Of a DNA stretch of 64,000 bases, positions 60,701 through 64,000 are shown in pieces. The position numbers were made by a program, and so were the translations under genes. Source of the stretch: Camelus ferus (Eukaryota); the NCBI RefSeq assembly GCF_009834535.1, contig NC_045697.1, positions 49,168,001-49,232,000 on the forward strand. Reading direction: 5' to 3'. The notes beneath the pieces were generated by a model, which was not told the origin of the DNA, did no database searches, and was given only the letters and a program-made list of their open reading frames with translations. The first letter of the stretch is position 1. Each line of letters begins with the position of its first letter.

Positions 60701-63355
60701 ATTACCAGGTTTTTCATCCGGTTGTAACATTTTTGTTCCTAAATGAGAAAGAGATTTTCAGATAGTAATAAAGGCAGCTAACATTTACTACTATTTTAAA
60801 GCACCATTCATTTTGCAAGTACTTTATCTCATTAGGACTTTAATCAGCCCTGCAAGACAGAAGTTTTCTTCATTTTCAGACATGGAAGCAGAGGTGCAGA
60901 AAACTGAGGTAACTTATACAAAGTAACCCAGAAGAAATGGCAGAGGAGAGAAGAAGCTGGGTCTGTCTGTCTACACAGCCCATGCTCATCCCCCATACTC
61001 CACAGCAGCTGCCTTTCAGACAACCTGTGTGCCTAGTAAGGTGTCAAACTCAGGTCCAGCGAGCTAGAGATGTGGTACACACAAATTGTCATGGGTGTCA
61101 TTAGAGGTTCACTTCAAAGCTGTGGCCACATCAGTCCATCAGTTCACAGTATCTGGGTGAATATAAAAGTGTTGCTGGAACCTCTTCTGGGCCTGTCAGG
61201 GCTTTAGATAATAAACTGGGAACTGCTGTTTCTGCACACACCATGCAGGATCCAAAGACAGCAATGTGAGGCAAAGCTCAGCACTATATGAATGGATGTA
61301 ATTTAGCAGATGCCAAAAATCTAAATTACTTAACAGATGATGATTGCAAAATAACAAAACCTACCAAAAATTATTTCAAAACACTACATGAACTGGGAAG
61401 AAAGGATTTAAGCACTGGATGGGGGACTGCACCCTGAGATTCTGTGTTTTTATAATCCTTAAGATATTTCCATAAGGTAAGGGTAACATGCGTTAGCCAC
61501 GTTTAAAGGATGACAATTCTGAGGCACAGAGAAGTGTTATTACTTATTACTGTCCATAGCTCTCTGGTAAAATGTTGGATCATGTCCACTTTTTTTTTTA
61601 AACTTCTTGTCTCAGGAAAAAAAATTAAGTTTGAGGGCCTTTTTTTTCCATCTCCTGTAAGCGTAAGTTCTGAGGCTCTTGAGGAACTTGACGGGAGTCA
61701 CACTGTTCAGTTTCTCTGACCATAGACACTCATGGCCCCTCAAAGGCCTTGCCCTCAGTGACACTTTTTAAAATACCTGTTTTCATGGTTATCTCTTAAA
61801 GGTAGATTACATCTACCATGATAAATATCCTGGAAAAACAGTTGAGGAACCACAAGTCTTAAGGAATAGGTATTTGGTCCTAAGTTAAGAGACTTGGGTC
61901 CTTCACTCACTTATGTGATCTTGTGCAAAGTACTTAGCCGCCCCTGTGTATCTAATGGTGACAACTATGTCTGTACTCCCCAAACTGGCAGCTTCCTTTC
62001 TCACACGCCTAACACTGCTTACCAGGTAATGAAAAAGTTTCTGGAATTTTCACTCCTAAACGAGAAAGAAATTTTTAGTGACTTGAACTTTGCTCCAGTG
62101 AGTACAATTTCCAAACTCTTTCTTGTCTGATGAGCTCAAGTGATGTAAATGCCAAGGGTCCCACTGTACTGTAGTTTTTGGCTTTTTACTTAAAAGTTCT
62201 GGCTACATGAACCCTCACTGTGCAAATCCACAGCAAGCTCAGGAGCCTTCTGCCATGGCGCCTCACTGAGTCTGCCTCTAAGCAGGAGAATACTATGTTT
62301 AATTACCTGGAGATCCTAGATGCCGCGATGTTAGCCAATGCTAACAGCTTCTGCACGAAGCTGAAGTTTCTATTGAGAACCTTTAGCTGTGGAATCTAAG
62401 GCTGGACTGCATTCATCCAGGTCCCAGCAGCCTTGCCTTCAGCCATGCCCCCAATAAAGCTAACTTTCCTGCTCCAGAAACACATAAACACTAGGGAGGA
62501 ACGGCACTTTTTCTACTCTCTTCCCCAGCTAAATCTTTGTAAAACGACTGGCAGGCAGCTGTAAAGGAAATACTACTGAATAACAGTCTCATGACAATAT
62601 TCTCTTTAATACCTGGAAGAATCTTTCTCATCTCACACTTGAGCCCACAGAGTAAATAAAACTGTCTTACCAGGTATTTGGGTGGCTTCTTGGCCCTTCA
62701 TACCTAAAGACAGAAATGAATTACTGGTTAGTGTTAATCAATTATCTTGCATTGTTAATACTCCCTTTTGTCTATACCTCTCCCATCTTTAACTCTTAAA
62801 AAAAAAAAAAAAGGAAAAAGAAAGCAGTAACAACAAAAACACTTTTCAATTGCTCTTCATTCTCTAACTGGACAAAACCCAAACTCCTTATGCTGGATTT
62901 CAAAAACTTCATGATGTGGCCTACATCTCTCCAACCTTATTTTCCTAAGGCAGTCCTAGTACACTGGATTTTAAATGAAACAGTATTGGGTCTAAGACTC
63001 TGCTTGGTTTAGTTCTAGTGTCATTATAGTTACGAGCTCTATGATTGGGAAGGCTTAATCCCGCTGACCTTCATTTCCTTATTTATGCAAAAGAAACATC
63101 TTGTAGGTTTGTAGTAAGTGATGATTAAAGGTGATACATCATAAAAGCGCTTGGCACATTACTGCATGGGATACAATAAGGTCTCAACAGCTAGAGTCCC
63201 TCTGTTTTGGCTTAACCCATTCCTCGACCTCTCCATGCCAGTTATGTCCCTCGTTCTAGGAGTCCTTGTGTGTCCTTCTAACCTTGCAGCTGGTCTCAGA
63301 GAGTGAGTAAAAGATCACTTACCAGGTAAGTCGGTGGACTCCTGGTTTTTCATTC
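57644..63355 (-). CDS. ART3: ART3 (GPI-anchored ecto-ADP-ribosyltransferase 3), 5'-partial: complement(join(57644..57783,59413..59442,60706..60738,62023..62055,62671..62703,63323..63355))
   Basis: Spliced frame reads GMKNQESTDLP-GMKGQEATQIP-GVKIPETFSLP-GTKMLQPDEKP-EDESQAINNPT-PAPAPAPVPGPKTHPSASSGKMLLPIFGTFITLISGSAINLFVAL*. This resembles the recalled human ART3 C-terminus (...HPSASSGKLLLPQFG...SAINLFVAL) and fits the known SCARB2-NUP54-ART3 synteny. Confidence 0.9.
58598..59185. mobile_element. hAT-Charlie non-autonomous element (MER20-related, about 590 bp)
   Basis: TIRs cagtggttctcaa...ttgagaaccattg; degenerate 8-bp TSD ctcgagag / ctctaaaa. Confidence 0.75.
59413..59442 (-). CDS. ART3: ART3 microexon (30 nt) EDESQAINNP
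   Basis: tattttag|AAGATG...AATCCTA|gtaaga; similar to recalled human EDKSQGNINNP. Confidence 0.88.
60706..60738 (-). CDS. ART3: ART3 microexon (33 nt) GTKMLQPDEKP
   Basis: ttctcatttag|GAACAA...AACCTG|gtaata; phase 1-1; same G-x-K...P-G pattern as its neighbours. Confidence 0.72.
62023..62055 (-). CDS. ART3: ART3 microexon (33 nt) GVKIPETFSLP
   Basis: ttctcgtttag|GAGTGA...TACCTG|gtaagc; similar to recalled human GMKIPEPFPLP. Confidence 0.88.
62671..62703 (-). CDS. ART3: ART3 microexon (33 nt) GMKGQEATQIP
   Basis: tctgtctttag|GTATGA...TACCTG|gtaaga; similar to recalled human GVKILEPTQIP; CACTAAC branch point upstream. Confidence 0.88.
63323..63355 (-). CDS. ART3: ART3 microexon (33 nt) GMKNQESTDLP
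   Basis: tttttatctttag|GAATGA...TACCTG|gtaagt; phase 1-1. Confidence 0.82.
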
Positions 63356-63809
63356 CTAAAGATAAAAAAAAAGAATTATTTAGTGATGAATGCAATCAGC
63401 TTGAAATTTTAAGTTTATATTTATATGGCTATTTACAGTGCAAAACTCTGAAAGCTTTGAGAAATGGCAGGGAACAGGGTAAAAGAGAAGATGATTTAAC
63501 CCATTGGTAGCTGAATTATGGTGAGAATTATGACTAGTGACCCAGGATCTCTCCTAGCTTAAGCAAAATAAGCTCTTGTTTTTGTTTTGTTTTAATATTC
63601 AGCCCAAAGACTAGGATCTACATTTGTCATGATTTATTTTTTAAAAATAAAACTTCTTGATTATGTAAGTAATATAATTACAGTAAATTAGAGGAAACAC
63701 AGGATATTATTAAAAATTACTCATAATCTCAGATATCAGAGCTACTCATTCTTAATATTTTGGTATATTTCCTTTCAGCCTCTTTGCTATATGTATATGC
63801 ACATATACA

Positions 63810-64000
63810 TTTTTTAGCATTTCCCCATTTTATTGAGATATAACTGACATACAACACTGTATAATTCAAGGTGTACAGCATAATAACTTGATTTACATAT
63901 ATTGTGAAATAATTATCACAATAAGTTTAGTTAACATCCAGCATCTCACAGAGATTAAAAAAAAAGAAAGAAAAAAAATTTTTCCCCTTGCGGTAAGAAC
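63810..64000 (-). mobile_element. L1 3' end (antisense), running off the window
   Basis: ttttattgagatataactgacatacaacactgtata..ttcaaggtgtacagcata. Confidence 0.75.

Noticed and set aside
61365..61392. AG/GT-bounded 28-nt segment on the - strand at the position predicted by the 650-bp ART3 spacing
   Set aside because: Not a multiple of three and no similarity to the G-x-K...P exons; probably coincidental.
1..64000. CRISPR arrays, operons, rRNA or prokaryotic defence systems
   Set aside because: The window is intron-rich mammalian DNA; no regularly spaced direct-repeat/spacer array or long intronless ORF was seen.

Overview
Mammalian genomic DNA, most likely camelid, judged from tRNA-Ala-derived Vic-1-type SINEs. 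It covers the conserved SCARB2-NUP54-ART3 block. The + strand carries the last eight coding exons (5-12) and long 3' UTR of SCARB2/LIMP-2, then a CpG-island promoter and the complete 12-exon NUP54 gene (509 aa). The - strand carries the 3' end of ART3: five 30-33 nt microexons plus the GPI-signal exon. Introns are filled with L1, L2, MIR, hAT/Tigger and MaLR/ERVL relics. Nearly all ORFs in the supplied track are intronic or repeat noise. There is no prokaryote-style novel system. The most interesting signals concern splicing: (i) a 162-nt in-frame FG-repeat cassette exon in NUP54 intron 1 behind a 110-nt AG-free pyrimidine zone; (ii) a tandem-duplicated array of phase-1 microexons encoding the ART3 stalk, apparently with more units than canonical human ART3; (iii) a U1-like hairpin over one microexon donor; (iv) a ladder of in-frame acceptors at the ART3 last exon. 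Gene identities and human comparisons come from recalled protein sequences, not from a database search. Repeat subfamily names and boundaries are approximate.
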